A stretch of 64,000 nucleotides of DNA from Candidatus Poribacteria bacterium (GCA_965198175.1 OZ240245.1:1920001-1984000); one strand, 5' to 3'. Positions 8,909 through 19,030 are shown, numbered from the stretch's first letter. Translations and numbers: made by a program. The notes: generated from the letters alone by a model not told the origin.

Positions 8909-9958
8909 ATGAAACAAATTAGCCGCATTTTGAGAATATACCCCTTTTGGGCATTAGGACTACTTTTAATCTGTGGTTGTGACTTAGTTCAGGAAATTAT
9001 CATTTCAGAACCATCAAGCGGGATGGATCCTGGATCGATTCACGTTACTATGGTATATCCAAGCGACTGTGTTGGGGATTCATCATACTGTGATAGTTTC
9101 CATATTGGGGTTAAAACTGCAGAGGCAGAACTCGGGATTAGCTTGACCGAGCTAGACGGAATGGAAAGCGATCCGGCAGCAACAGAAATGTTGTTAAGAG
9201 AAGCCGCGCAGAATTCAGACCTCGTTTTAGCGGCGGGTTACCAAATGGGAGCGCCGCTTGCTCGCGTGGCACCCGAATTTCTCGATGTCAAATTTGCAAT
9301 TTTTGATGTTGTCCTTGATGTCTCAAACGTAGCCTCCATCAACTATAAGGCAAACGAAGGCTCATTTCTGGTCGGGGCGATTGCGGCTTTGAAGACGGAA
9401 AGCGGTAAAATTGGATATATTGGCGGCGCAGATGTTCCGTTATTACACGAATTTGAAGCCGGTTACGTCGCAGGTATTCGTGCTATCAATCCGGATGCAG
9501 AGGTTCCCATAGAGTACATCAGCGAAAATGAAGCCGGTTTCAACCAGCCGGACAGAGCGAAAGAGATAGCGTTATCGCAATATGAGAGCGGAGTTGATGT
9601 CATTTACGTCGCTGCTGGCGGATCCGGTCAGGGAGTACTCGAAGCTGCCCAAGAGCAGGGAAAATTTATCATTTGGGTTGACTCCAACGGCAATTATCTC
9701 GCCCCGGGAATCGTCCTGACGAGCATGGTCAAAGAGCTTTCGGCTTCTGTAGAGAGAGTCATCAGCGAAACCGCTGACGGCAATTTTATGGCAGGGGTCC
9801 GATACCTCGGGCTTGAGGATGGCGGAGTCAGCTATGCCGTTGATGAACACAACCAAGCCTTGCTTTCGGATGAGATTTTACAGACTGTTGAATTATTGAA
9901 AGCAAAAATCATCGCCGGCGAAATTAATGTTCCGAATGAAGTCTCACTCCCCCGCTAA
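8909..9958 (+). CDS. BMP-family ABC transporter substrate-binding lipoprotein
   Basis: Lipobox LICGC, 'NEGSFLVGAIAA', 'KIGYIGG', 'GVDVIYVAAG', 'IWVDSN', 'LTSMVK'. Confidence 0.9.
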   Translation: MKQISRILRIYPFWALGLLLICGCDLVQEIIISEPSSGMDPGSIHVTMVYPSDCVGDSSYCDSFHIGVKTAEAELGISLTELDGMESDPAATEMLLREAAQNSDLVLAAGYQMGAPLARVAPEFLDVKFAIFDVVLDVSNVASINYKANEGSFLVGAIAALKTESGKIGYIGGADVPLLHEFEAGYVAGIRAINPDAEVPIEYISENEAGFNQPDRAKEIALSQYESGVDVIYVAAGGSGQGVLEAAQEQGKFIIWVDSNGNYLAPGIVLTSMVKELSASVERVISETADGNFMAGVRYLGLEDGGVSYAVDEHNQALLSDEILQTVELLKAKIIAGEINVPNEVSLPR

Positions 9959-10159
9959 CTTAACCGGTCATCGCATGGCTGTGTGACGGTCATCCACGTG
10001 AGATGGCGCGGCGGTGGAATCTGTGAGAACCGATAACACAATAAGCACTTCTTTTTCAGCCCGATATGAGTTTGATGAACACCTCCGACACTGAATTACA
10101 GTTTCATCGTGATTTCTCACGATTTTAGGACATTGTTTGGTTCAATACGGGTTGGCGTA

Positions 10160-10777
10160 ATGAACTTCTTCAATCGGGAACGAAAACTCTTTGGCGATAG
10201 GCTTGAACCCGATGCCCCGAAACTTAGCGCACCGCTTGAGGCAACGAGTGAGAACGCGCCTCAAGAAGATGAATCTCACGAAGCGGAGAACGCGAAACAG
10301 GGCACGCTCATCTTCACCAATCGAGCGTCTCTTTTTTCTCAAGAGGCGTTGGATACCTTTTTCAACCACATCTCAGCCTTGATTCGCGGTGAGAAGAAAT
10401 ACGGGCGCGTACAGACATCGGATACAATCCGCGACTATTATGAGCAGGGGCGTTGTGTCATTGGCACTTCCGACTGTCAAGTGTGGGGATATGCTTGTGT
10501 CATACCAATCAACCACGAAATAGATGTCCTTGAAGCGACGATACGACGGGATTTCCAAAATACCCAACCCGCCAAACAGTTGGTCGAACTCCTTGCGCAG
10601 GGGCTGCTGTGCCCTGAAAAAACCGCCTTCGCGCTTTCGTGGACATCTTATACAAAACGACTCTTCGGCAAGTTGGGCTGGTTACCTTGTCAAATCAAAA
10701 GACTTGATTGTGGCACGAAAGAAGCACTTACAACCTATGATGAATTCGTCGAACGATACAATATCTTCATGCCCTGA
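10160..10777 (+). CDS. Hypothetical protein, possibly GNAT-like C-terminus
   Basis: 'VWGYACVIP...IRRDFQ...LFGKLGW' weakly resembles a GNAT fold; start uncertain (10109 or 10160). Confidence 0.4.
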   Translation: MNFFNRERKLFGDRLEPDAPKLSAPLEATSENAPQEDESHEAENAKQGTLIFTNRASLFSQEALDTFFNHISALIRGEKKYGRVQTSDTIRDYYEQGRCVIGTSDCQVWGYACVIPINHEIDVLEATIRRDFQNTQPAKQLVELLAQGLLCPEKTAFALSWTSYTKRLFGKLGWLPCQIKRLDCGTKEALTTYDEFVERYNIFMP

Positions 10778-10843
10778 TGTCTCTACGATAGAACCGTTGT
10801 GATGAGGGGTAATTCTTCAGCTTTCATTTTCAATTCCTAACAC

Positions 10844-11530
10844 ATGAAATCATCCGCCGGTATACCGCTGTTTAGTTTGGTTGCAGAAAGTGTAGCCTAC
10901 CAAGACACCGTGGCGTTGAAAAATATCACGCTGCAAATCGACAAGGGCGAAAAGGTTGCGCTTGTTGGTCCGAGCGGCGCCGGCAAAACCACTTTACTGC
11001 GCACACTCTACGAAAGCGTTGCGGGTCAGCCTTCATTCGTGCATCAGCACTATTCGCTTGTGCCGCAACTCTCCGCATTCCACAACATCTATATTGGGCG
11101 GCTCGATCGATATTCAACAGCCTATAACCTCCTGAACCTGATAAAACCGCAGAGGAAGGATCTGCAGGAAATTGTTCCTATCCTGCGCTCATTGGGGATG
11201 GAGGAGAAAACCTTTGACAAGGCTGGCGCGCTGTCTGGAGGACAGCAGCAGCGGGTCGCCGTTGCACGCGCGATTTACCGTGGAGAGGATATCCTATTGG
11301 CAGATGAACCGGTATCCTCCGTAGACCCTCATCAAGCAGGCACGGTGATGGAGCTCATCATGCAGAATGCGGAAACCGTTGTGGTGTCGCTGCACGCGGT
11401 GGAATTCGCTCTAAAGTTCGCGCAGCGAATGGTTGGGCTTCGCGAAGGAAAGGTTCAATTCGATCTGCCAGCCGGGGAAGTGACTCAGATGATGCTTACG
11501 GAGCTGTATCGGAATGAGAAAACCCTTTGA
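10844..11530 (+). CDS. PhnC-like ABC transporter ATP-binding protein
   Basis: Walker A GPSGAGKT, LSGGQQQRV, 'LLADEPVSSVDP', 'SLH'. Confidence 0.88.
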   Translation: MKSSAGIPLFSLVAESVAYQDTVALKNITLQIDKGEKVALVGPSGAGKTTLLRTLYESVAGQPSFVHQHYSLVPQLSAFHNIYIGRLDRYSTAYNLLNLIKPQRKDLQEIVPILRSLGMEEKTFDKAGALSGGQQQRVAVARAIYRGEDILLADEPVSSVDPHQAGTVMELIMQNAETVVVSLHAVEFALKFAQRMVGLREGKVQFDLPAGEVTQMMLTELYRNEKTL

Positions 11531-13053
11531 ATTCCGTACGTCTTAACGGGTATACTATCTCCATGTTGAGAACCAGCCTCGTTTTCGTCGCGATTGCACT
11601 GATTGCTCTGCTACTGGCGGATCTCGAAATCTCTACACTTAATCCTTGGACGGAACTGAGCCGGCTGGCTTGGGGGGCAATCACCCCGGATGTTCCTGCC
11701 CTCTGGGGTTTTAAATCCGCACTGCTCAACACGGCGATCTTTGCCGTCTGCGGTACTTTTCTCGGTGTTGTGCTCGGTATCGGGCTGGCGTTCGTTTTCC
11801 GTCTCAGGCCCGTCAGATTGTTCTGCGCCTTTATCCGCGCCATTCACGAGATTTTCTGGGCGTTTATCTTCTTGCCTATCGTTGGACTCAATTCAACCTG
11901 CGGTGTGCTTGCCATCGCGATTCCGTATGCAGGCATCTTTGCCAAGGTATATGCAGAGATTATCCAAGAATCGGATCGGGGTCCGCTGGAAGGGGTTCCT
12001 AACGCGTCCGGCGGGTTGAGCCGCTTTGTCTACGGCGTCCTGCCGGTCATCTATGCCGACACCAAACACTACACCGGCTACCGTTTCGAATGCGCCCTGC
12101 GCTCCAGCGCCATTCTCGGATTCATCGGACTGCCGACGCTCGGGTTCCACCTTGAGACCGCTTTTCGCGAGGGCTTGTATTCGGAGGCTTGGGCACTGCT
12201 CTATGCCTTCTATATCTTGATTGCCTCCCTCAAATACTGGCTCAAGCCACGCCTTGTTCTACTTTACGTTGCAGCGTCGTTCGTGTTGTTGTCAAAGACA
12301 ATCACTGTGTTGTGGGAGAACATTGTTCGATTTTTCACCTACGACATCCTCCCGTGGCCCATGCGTCGGGATGGATTCCACGACGGCACGCACGCGGTCT
12401 CGTTTGCGTGGGAGTCAATCCCGAGCTGGGCACACGAGATTTTTGTCCAAGAGGCTTGGGAGGGGATAGGGAATACCGTGGTGTTGACCCAGATTGTGCT
12501 GGTAGGAACGGGCGTATTTGCACTGCTCAGTTTTCCCTTCGCGTGCCGACACTTCTCAGGGAAAATCTTCAAGCGAATCTCGCACTACGGACTGATCGTC
12601 ATCCGCACCACACCGGAGTACATCCTAGCGTATATCCTTGTACAACTCTGGGGACCGTCTATGCTCCCAGCTGTTTGGGCGATTCTTCTGCATAACGGAG
12701 CAATCCTTGGGTTCCTGGCCAGCAACAACGCTGATCTGGTCTCGCTACAGGTAGATGCTCCCCAGAGACGGTTAGACCGGTATCTGTACGAAATCTTGCC
12801 ACGCGTATACGGACAGTTTCTCGCGTTCCTGTTTTACCGTTGGGAGGTGATGATGCGGGAGTCCGCCATCCTCGGCATACTTGGCATCTACACGCTGGGA
12901 TTCTACATCGAGAGCGCAATTTCTGATGACCAGATTGATAAGGTAGTTTTGCTGATTCTCATCACAGCGATACTCAATATGGGCATCGATACTGTGTCAC
13001 AGTTTGTACGGCGTCGCCTCAAAATCTCAACGAAGCTGGTGACATCTTCATGA
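11527..13053 (+). CDS. PhnE/PtxC-like ABC permease with two fused permease domains
   Basis: Two 'YR(F/W)E-x-x-x-R-x-SAILG' motifs and many TM segments; overlaps the ATPase stop. Confidence 0.88.
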   Translation: MNSVRLNGYTISMLRTSLVFVAIALIALLLADLEISTLNPWTELSRLAWGAITPDVPALWGFKSALLNTAIFAVCGTFLGVVLGIGLAFVFRLRPVRLFCAFIRAIHEIFWAFIFLPIVGLNSTCGVLAIAIPYAGIFAKVYAEIIQESDRGPLEGVPNASGGLSRFVYGVLPVIYADTKHYTGYRFECALRSSAILGFIGLPTLGFHLETAFREGLYSEAWALLYAFYILIASLKYWLKPRLVLLYVAASFVLLSKTITVLWENIVRFFTYDILPWPMRRDGFHDGTHAVSFAWESIPSWAHEIFVQEAWEGIGNTVVLTQIVLVGTGVFALLSFPFACRHFSGKIFKRISHYGLIVIRTTPEYILAYILVQLWGPSMLPAVWAILLHNGAILGFLASNNADLVSLQVDAPQRRLDRYLYEILPRVYGQFLAFLFYRWEVMMRESAILGILGIYTLGFYIESAISDDQIDKVVLLILITAILNMGIDTVSQFVRRRLKISTKLVTSS

Positions 13054-13273
13054 GACCCTGGACATGCGTTCTCTCACGTCTGTGAGAAAACCGATGTCCA
13101 CCGACTTTCAGTAGCAACGGGTCAATTCGCTTCACCTTTTGTTATCGTGTGCGAAGACGAAGATAAGTATCTCCTTGTCACAGGATTTCAGACATTCTTC
13201 GCGGTGTTTCAGTAGAACAGAGTACAACTCATAACCACTTAACCGGCTTACAATGAAAGGAGACACGACTTAA

Positions 13274-13966
13274 ATGACTGAGAAGGAAATACTTGAAGAA
13301 CTGGAGGCGCTCGGCACAGCGCAGAACCGAAAAATCTATAAACGCCACGGTGCCGATGAGACGGTCTACGGCGTCAGTTTTGCCAATTTGAGAAAGATGC
13401 ACAAACGGATTAAAGTCGACCATGCGTTGGCGCTAAAGCTCTGGGAAACGGGCCAGCTCGAAGCTCGGCTCATCGCCTCCATGATCGCCGACCCAAAGTT
13501 GACGAATGAGGCTCTGCTGGAAGCTTGGGCGAATGACTTGAACAGTGGAATGGTAGCCGGTGAATTTGTAGACCTCGTCAGCAAAACGTCCTTTGCCCGC
13601 GCCAAAATGGAGCAGTGGAGCAACACAGAGGGCGAATGGATTGGGCGTGCAGGCTGGCAGCTTCTTGCTCACCTTGCCATGAAGGACGAAGGGTTGTCCG
13701 ACGATTTTTTTGAAAACTATCTTCAAATCATCTGGCAAGAGATTCACACGCGGAACAACATGGTGAGGGACGCCATGAATTCAGCGCTCATTGCCATCGG
13801 AATTCGCAACAGCAATTTGGAGAAACAGGCGCTTGCCGTTGCTGCTAACATCGGGAAGGTAAATGTCGATCACGGGGAGACCAATTGTAAGACACCCGAC
13901 GCCGCCGAATATATTCGTAAGACCCTCAATCGGAGACGGCAGAAAAATAAAAAAACAGCAGCTTGA
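13274..13966 (+). CDS. DNA alkylation repair protein (AlkD-like)
   Basis: 'YGVSFANLR', 'DHALALKLWETG', 'V-x-VDHGETNCKTPDA'. Confidence 0.85.
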   Translation: MTEKEILEELEALGTAQNRKIYKRHGADETVYGVSFANLRKMHKRIKVDHALALKLWETGQLEARLIASMIADPKLTNEALLEAWANDLNSGMVAGEFVDLVSKTSFARAKMEQWSNTEGEWIGRAGWQLLAHLAMKDEGLSDDFFENYLQIIWQEIHTRNNMVRDAMNSALIAIGIRNSNLEKQALAVAANIGKVNVDHGETNCKTPDAAEYIRKTLNRRRQKNKKTAA

Positions 13967-14176
13967 CCTGCTGTTTAAGACGGATTGCAATTGGAATAAT
14001 GGAACGGGACACAAAACGTATGCGCGGCATAAACCGTTTGTATTCACAGACCTGCGCCGCGCCAGACGGGTGGATTCTATGACTTCATGGATTCAACTCA
14101 ACCACCGATTTGAATATGTGCCGCCCGAATAGAGAGCTTACCGGCTCAAAAACATTCTTAAAAGATTACTTTCATT

Positions 14177-14215
14177 GAGCCATGAGTCATCAAAAAAGAT
14201 TCATGGCTCTTTTTT
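14177..14215 (+). terminator. Rho-independent terminator
   Basis: GAGCCATGAGTC / GATTCATGGCTC stem followed by a T-run. Confidence 0.7.
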
Positions 14216-14283
14216 AATGTTTGTCTATATTATATGATATTTTATAGGTATTGGCGAAATTGTATGAATTATTGTATTATGTC

Positions 14284-14312
14284 TTGACATACATTTATAA
14301 CTATGGTATATT
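14284..14312 (+). promoter_or_regulatory. Sigma70-like promoter
   Basis: TTGACA-17 nt-TATATT in an AT-rich region. Confidence 0.6.
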
Positions 14313-14375
14313 CTATTCGCATCACAGCAACCAATAGATTCAAACATTTCATCAACTTCTAGGAAGAAGTTGACC

Positions 14376-14579
14376 TTGCGAAAGATATTGGAAAAATGCC
14401 CAACATGCGGCGGCGAATTGACAATCACAGGCTTGCATTGCCATGACTGCGATACCAAAATCGAAGGTCAGTATGAAACCTTCATCTTCTGTCACCTGTC
14501 AAGGAAATGCCTCGGCATTTTAAAATTCTTCGTCAGGAATCGGGGCAATGTCAAGTTGGAGCACTTGAAATATGCTTGA
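14376..14579 (+). pseudogene. DUF2089-family fragment (zinc ribbon present, C-terminal HTH lost)
   Basis: CPTCGGEL...CHDCDTKIEG...'FVRNRGNVK' then an early stop. Confidence 0.65.
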
Positions 14580-14760
14580 AGCCGACATCTAACTCAAAAA
14601 GCAGCTAGTTAGATGCAAGCTGTATTTTGGAGCAACTGGTCTGTGAACTATACGAAGCACAAGATGTTATAGCCATTGCAACCAAAAATTTCATGTTTTC
14701 TCATTGGTTTGTGGGCGCGGTTTCTTATAGTCAATTCCATTCAAATTTACACATGTTTCG

Positions 14761-14828
14761 GTAGGTGCGGTTTCCAACCGCACCTTCGGACGAGATAAAT
14801 ACCGGTTCGGTAAGGAAACCGAACCTAC
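14761..14828. repeat. Inverted pair of GTAG-type REP elements (REPIN-like)
   Basis: GTAGGTGCGGTTTCCAACCGCACC on + (14761-14784) and GTAGGTTCGGTTTCCTTACCGAACC on - (14804-14828). Confidence 0.7.
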
Positions 14829-15008
14829 CGCAGTGTATAAATAAATATTGGTTTTGCTATAGGAAGTCCCGTTAATTTCCCTCCTTAATGCACAACCAGT
14901 TTTTTGCCATCCTTTTTGGGTTTCAAGAGCTCTAAAAAAAGGGCGCACCACTACGATAGCAGGCGTCTGATGGCATAACAAAATAACCAAAAATGAGAGG
15001 AGATCTAG

Positions 15009-15245
15009 ATGACAGAGGTTATGCTGATTGTAGCAATTGTGTTTGGAAGTATTATGGCTATAACGCTTGGATGTGTCTGGATGGGCACGTCCTACTCTAC
15101 AAAGAAACGCGGCTTTACAAAGGGCGCGTCCGAACGCGAGATAAAGCAACTGCATGAGCAAGTAGCGCAAATTCAGCAAGAGGTTCAGTTTCTGCAAAAA
15201 GAGGTGAAAACACTCATCCAAATCGCAAAAGGCATTGAAGAGTAA
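15009..15245 (+). CDS. Small membrane protein with C-terminal coiled coil
   Basis: GAGGAG RBS, one TM helix, heptad-like C-terminus. Confidence 0.7.
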   Translation: MTEVMLIVAIVFGSIMAITLGCVWMGTSYSTKKRGFTKGASEREIKQLHEQVAQIQQEVQFLQKEVKTLIQIAKGIEE

Positions 15246-15259
15246 GGGAGGGATGTTGC

Positions 15260-15601
15260 ATGGCACTGTTGCTTCTACTGCTTTTTCTAGGGCTGATGCT
15301 CTTTTTCATCATCAAATTTTCAGTGATTATTACAGTGATGGTAGCGATTGCTTTGGGCAGCATAACGGTCACGGTTCTTGTGATTGTCTGGTTGACAACA
15401 TCTCGTTCACTCAAAATAATGGGATACCATCGGTACAGCGCGCAAATGACCTATCAACGGGTAAAATCGGATTTAAGTCAGATTTCTGAGGATTTGAACG
15501 AGATTCGCTCGCAGTTACAAGAAGCTGCCCCTCGATTACAGGAAATGGAATTTCTGAAGTATTCGCGACGAGAGGACAGTGCGCATCGTAAGACTTCATA
15601 G
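15260..15601 (+). CDS. Small membrane protein with C-terminal coiled coil
   Basis: GGAGG RBS, long hydrophobic N-terminus, heptad-like C-terminus. Confidence 0.6.
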   Translation: MALLLLLLFLGLMLFFIIKFSVIITVMVAIALGSITVTVLVIVWLTTSRSLKIMGYHRYSAQMTYQRVKSDLSQISEDLNEIRSQLQEAAPRLQEMEFLKYSRREDSAHRKTS

Positions 15602-15935
15602 ACCTACCGAAGCGACTCCACAATCAAGGTTTCTCATGCATCTGCTAGTCATTTCCATTCTGAAATATGCCCCGGACATTCTGTTTGCCGTTGGCGTGTA
15701 GTGAACTTAATTCCTCCTAGCGCTTGTGCTTATCATTACTTACGAATACTTGAGTGAGGTCCATAGCACCTCACTAACACAAGGACGCGCCAACTTGTTG
15801 GGGCACGACGTATATACCGCCCCACCTAACAAATGGTATTGAGGTAATGCGAACGATCAAACACCGGTTTTTGGCGAGACCTGACGAGCGAATTAACGCA
15901 TTAAAGAATCGGAATTCACTCAGGCAAATTTGCCG

Positions 15936-16121
15936 CTACGATCGATGTTTTTCTAGCGTCCTCCCCAGAAAGAAAATGAGAATGCCTACAGCCAATGAAC
16001 CCATCTCAGCGCCCATCGCTTTGCCTTCGCTTAGTCCATGTGGATTGATACATCCAATATACAAACCTGCCCCGAGAAACGCCATGCCGATTAGTTCTAA
16101 CGTTTTGCCAACAAGAAACAC
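15936..16121 (-). CDS. Small two-TM membrane protein
   Basis: GGAGG RBS before GTG at 16121; two hydrophobic helices. Confidence 0.55.
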   Translation of the reverse strand: MFLVGKTLELIGMAFLGAGLYIGCINPHGLSEGKAMGAEMGSLAVGILIFFLGRTLEKHRS

Positions 16122-16174
16122 GGTTCCTCCGAGGTCAAACGAGATATCGTGAACAAATGATTTGATGCTTAGGT

Positions 16175-16885
16175 TCAGTAAAGACTTTTGATGCTGCCCC
16201 ACTGCATGGCTTTCAGGTTGGTATTTAGCTTTAGCTTTGCGGTGAATATCAAATCCGCGAGCGCGTTTTCTTCAGTAGACGCAGTGAGCGCCCAGCCAAT
16301 TTTATGGTGCAGACGCCCGCCATCTACATCGTTATAATAGATGCCAAACCCGATAGCGTCATCTTTATTGGGCGACTGCCTCAAGTTAACGCTCAGTTCG
16401 CAAGATTGCCCATCGTTGCTCCAGGCTACCATTATGATGGGTGAGTTAGGGTCAGGGTTATGCTCACCAGCACGGAGAATGTGATGATAAAGGGTGTTTT
16501 TGTATCCTGTATGATCTATATCAAGATAGATTTCTAGATGATCCTGGCGAGAGAGCTTTTCTTCATGAGTTTCGACTTGATCGTCAGTCAACTTGATTGC
16601 AATGTAAAGGAAACTATTACGCCACACAGCAACAAAGGTTCCCATGAAGTCATCTGAATTCTGCTCCCAGTGTTTATTTTCTATCGTGTCCCACTCCATG
16701 TTACCTAATTCTGCTGCTTCCCAGGCTGGGTCGTCGAGGAATCCATCGACTACGGGGGCGATCTCCGCTAAATTGGCTCTATATTGAAAAGGAAATCCAG
16801 TGTCCGGATCGACAATATGGGCATAGCTACCGCTCACTACAGTAAGCATGAGCAAAACCATGATATGCTGTTTCCAAGCTCTCAT
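16175..16885 (-). CDS. Secreted CBM9/DOMON-like sugar-binding protein with conserved C-terminal tail
   Basis: Signal peptide, 'PVVDGFLDDPAW', 'LYIAIKLTDD', 'IGFGIYYNDVD'; tail KAMQWGSIK. Confidence 0.75.
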   Translation of the reverse strand: MRAWKQHIMVLLMLTVVSGSYAHIVDPDTGFPFQYRANLAEIAPVVDGFLDDPAWEAAELGNMEWDTIENKHWEQNSDDFMGTFVAVWRNSFLYIAIKLTDDQVETHEEKLSRQDHLEIYLDIDHTGYKNTLYHHILRAGEHNPDPNSPIIMVAWSNDGQSCELSVNLRQSPNKDDAIGFGIYYNDVDGGRLHHKIGWALTASTEENALADLIFTAKLKLNTNLKAMQWGSIKSLY

Positions 16886-16928
16886 AATTCTTCCCTTTCT
16901 TTACAATCAAATTGGAGATCTTATGCGT

Positions 16929-16957
16929 AGTATACTGTCAGGTAGGTGGACTGTCAA
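16929..16957 (-). promoter_or_regulatory. Sigma70-like promoter
   Basis: Minus strand TTGACA-17 nt-TATACT; contains a direct repeat of TGACAGT. Confidence 0.65.
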
Positions 16958-17166
16958 GGTAAAATAATTCGGTTTATTTTGGGCGAGGCTCGTTTGCGCG
17001 CTATACGTTTTCACTTAATTCCGTCTCGCATGTATTGCTTCAAAGCCCCCCTTCTCCAAATTATGTCCTGTACATTTTCGACATATCTAGTGTATAATCA
17101 GTATCAGGTACGCTAGAATCCAACAGAATCTTTGAGGGTGTTGAAATAGGTTAAGCAAAAAGCCGC

Positions 17167-18813
17167 TCAAATCGCATGGGCGATATTGCCCAAACGTTCC
17201 GTAAGTAGGGCGTTTTCACGATAGTCTATCGGAACAACGACAAGACAGGGTCGATCTGCAGCAAAAGCTTCCTCTAAAGCCGGCACAAGGTCGCGAGCGT
17301 TCTCAACTTGGATTCCTTTCCAGTCGAAAGCCTCTGCTAACTTAACGAAGTTGGGATTGCCAAACGACAGATCTGTATGATGCCCGAATTCGTCCCGCTG
17401 TTTCCATTCAATCAAGCCATATCCGTGGTCTTCCCAGATCATCACGACGATATTCGTTCCAATCCGCCTAGCGGTTTCTAGGTCTTGTACATTCATGAGA
17501 AAGCCGCCATCGCCGCAAATTGCAAGCACGCGCTTGTTCGGCTGGACCAGCTTAGCGGCTATGGCTCCAGGTAGAGCAAACCCCATCGTGCAGAAGCCGT
17601 TGGAGATTAAGCAGGTATTTGGCTCGTCACAGTGATAGTACCGGGCAATCCACATCTTGTGCGCCCCGACATCGCTTAGAAGTATATCTGTGGGCCCCAG
17701 CACCTGCTGCACATCCCAGAGCACTTTCTGCGGTCGGATGCTACCTTCTGTGTCATCGTCTTTGTGTTCAGCAAGGTCAGTTAGCATGGCATCTCGAATC
17801 GGTTTGTATTCGTTTACATCGTAGTGGATCGGTTCCGCTTTGATGCGCTCGTTGAGCATCCAAAGGGTGTGCCCAAGGTCGCCAACAACCTCTACATCTA
17901 TACGATAATTTTCGTCGACTTCGGCGGGAAGAAAGTCGATATGAACGATTCGTTTATCTGCCTTCGGGTTCCAAAGCCGAGGGTGATATTCCACCAAGTC
18001 ATACCCTAGTGTGATGACGAGGTCCGCGGCATCAATGGCTAAAGCGATGACATCCTTGGCTTGCAACCCGATTGTAAAGAGGTAATTCGGTGCGTGGCGA
18101 GATATGCATCCCTTGCCCATGAATGTACTAATCACGCCAATGCCAGTGGCGTCCGCGAACTGGCGCAGTTGCGTACTCGCTCGTTTGCGAATGGTTCCGT
18201 TACCTGCTAGGATTACTGGATTTTTTGCACTGCGAATTAAAGCCATCGCCTGATTGACAATCTTGTCATCTGGCACCGGGCGACGCATGCGCTGGCTGGG
18301 GATGGGTCTGTTTTCGACGGGTAACTTCGCGATGTCTTCGGCAAGTTCAATATGGCACGCTCCGGGTTTTTCGGTCATCGCTAACTTGAATGCTTTGCGG
18401 ACAACTTCTGGTATGTTCCCTGGGTGAATAATCGGCATTGCCCACTTGGTGACAGGCTTGAACATGCCGACCACGTCCATGTTTTGATGGCTCTCTTTAT
18501 GCTGCCTTCGGCTGTCAGCCTGCCCTGTGATAACAACAAGCGGTGCGCGATCCATGTTGGCGTCAGCCACTCCCGTTATAAGATTTGAAGCGCCCGGTCC
18601 CAGCGTGCCTAGACAGACAGCCGCCTGTCCGGTCAGTCTTCCATGCACATCCGCCATAAAGGCGGCGGCTTGTTCGTGCCGAGTGAGGACAAACTCAATG
18701 GATGAATTCTCAAGGGACATCATAAACTCGGCATTTTCTTCACCCGGTACACCGAAGATATACTTCACGCCCTCGGCTTCGAGACACTGTATAAACAAAT
18801 CAGCAGCTTTCAT
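17167..18813 (-). CDS. Acetolactate synthase large subunit-like ThDP enzyme
   Basis: 'FGVPGEEN', 'TRHEQAAAFMA', 'TLGPGASN', ThDP motif GDGGFLMN. Confidence 0.92.
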   Translation of the reverse strand: MKAADLFIQCLEAEGVKYIFGVPGEENAEFMMSLENSSIEFVLTRHEQAAAFMADVHGRLTGQAAVCLGTLGPGASNLITGVADANMDRAPLVVITGQADSRRQHKESHQNMDVVGMFKPVTKWAMPIIHPGNIPEVVRKAFKLAMTEKPGACHIELAEDIAKLPVENRPIPSQRMRRPVPDDKIVNQAMALIRSAKNPVILAGNGTIRKRASTQLRQFADATGIGVISTFMGKGCISRHAPNYLFTIGLQAKDVIALAIDAADLVITLGYDLVEYHPRLWNPKADKRIVHIDFLPAEVDENYRIDVEVVGDLGHTLWMLNERIKAEPIHYDVNEYKPIRDAMLTDLAEHKDDDTEGSIRPQKVLWDVQQVLGPTDILLSDVGAHKMWIARYYHCDEPNTCLISNGFCTMGFALPGAIAAKLVQPNKRVLAICGDGGFLMNVQDLETARRIGTNIVVMIWEDHGYGLIEWKQRDEFGHHTDLSFGNPNFVKLAEAFDWKGIQVENARDLVPALEEAFAADRPCLVVVPIDYRENALLTERLGNIAHAI

Positions 18814-19030
18814 TGGATAACTCCTCTTGGTTCAGAATCGAAAATCGAATATGTCGCCAGTTAATATTCAAAGCCAACACTAAATCTTCAACCTTTCCTG
18901 ATTTGCGCCGTTTTGTATAAGTGTTAATGATGGTTGATATTATATATCAAAATCCCAATATTGCGAACAAATTCGCTCTTCTCGCGCAACAGATACAAGA
19001 CAGAAACTGAATTTCCGAAGGAAACAGACC

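Noticed and set aside
9958..10030. ACTTAAC after the BMP gene (and GCCTAAC near 44965) as attC starts
   Set aside because: No L boxes or correctly placed GTTRRRY were found downstream.
14691..15266. 191-aa minus-strand ORF and other long antisense ORFs (e.g. 26602-27156, 34353-34919, 40301-40846, 50785-51384)
   Set aside because: They overlap well-supported genes on the opposite strand and have no motifs; treated as shadow ORFs.
18814..19030. TPP riboswitch before thiO or an attenuator before acetolactate synthase
   Set aside because: No TPP consensus segments and no branched-chain-codon leader with terminator seen.
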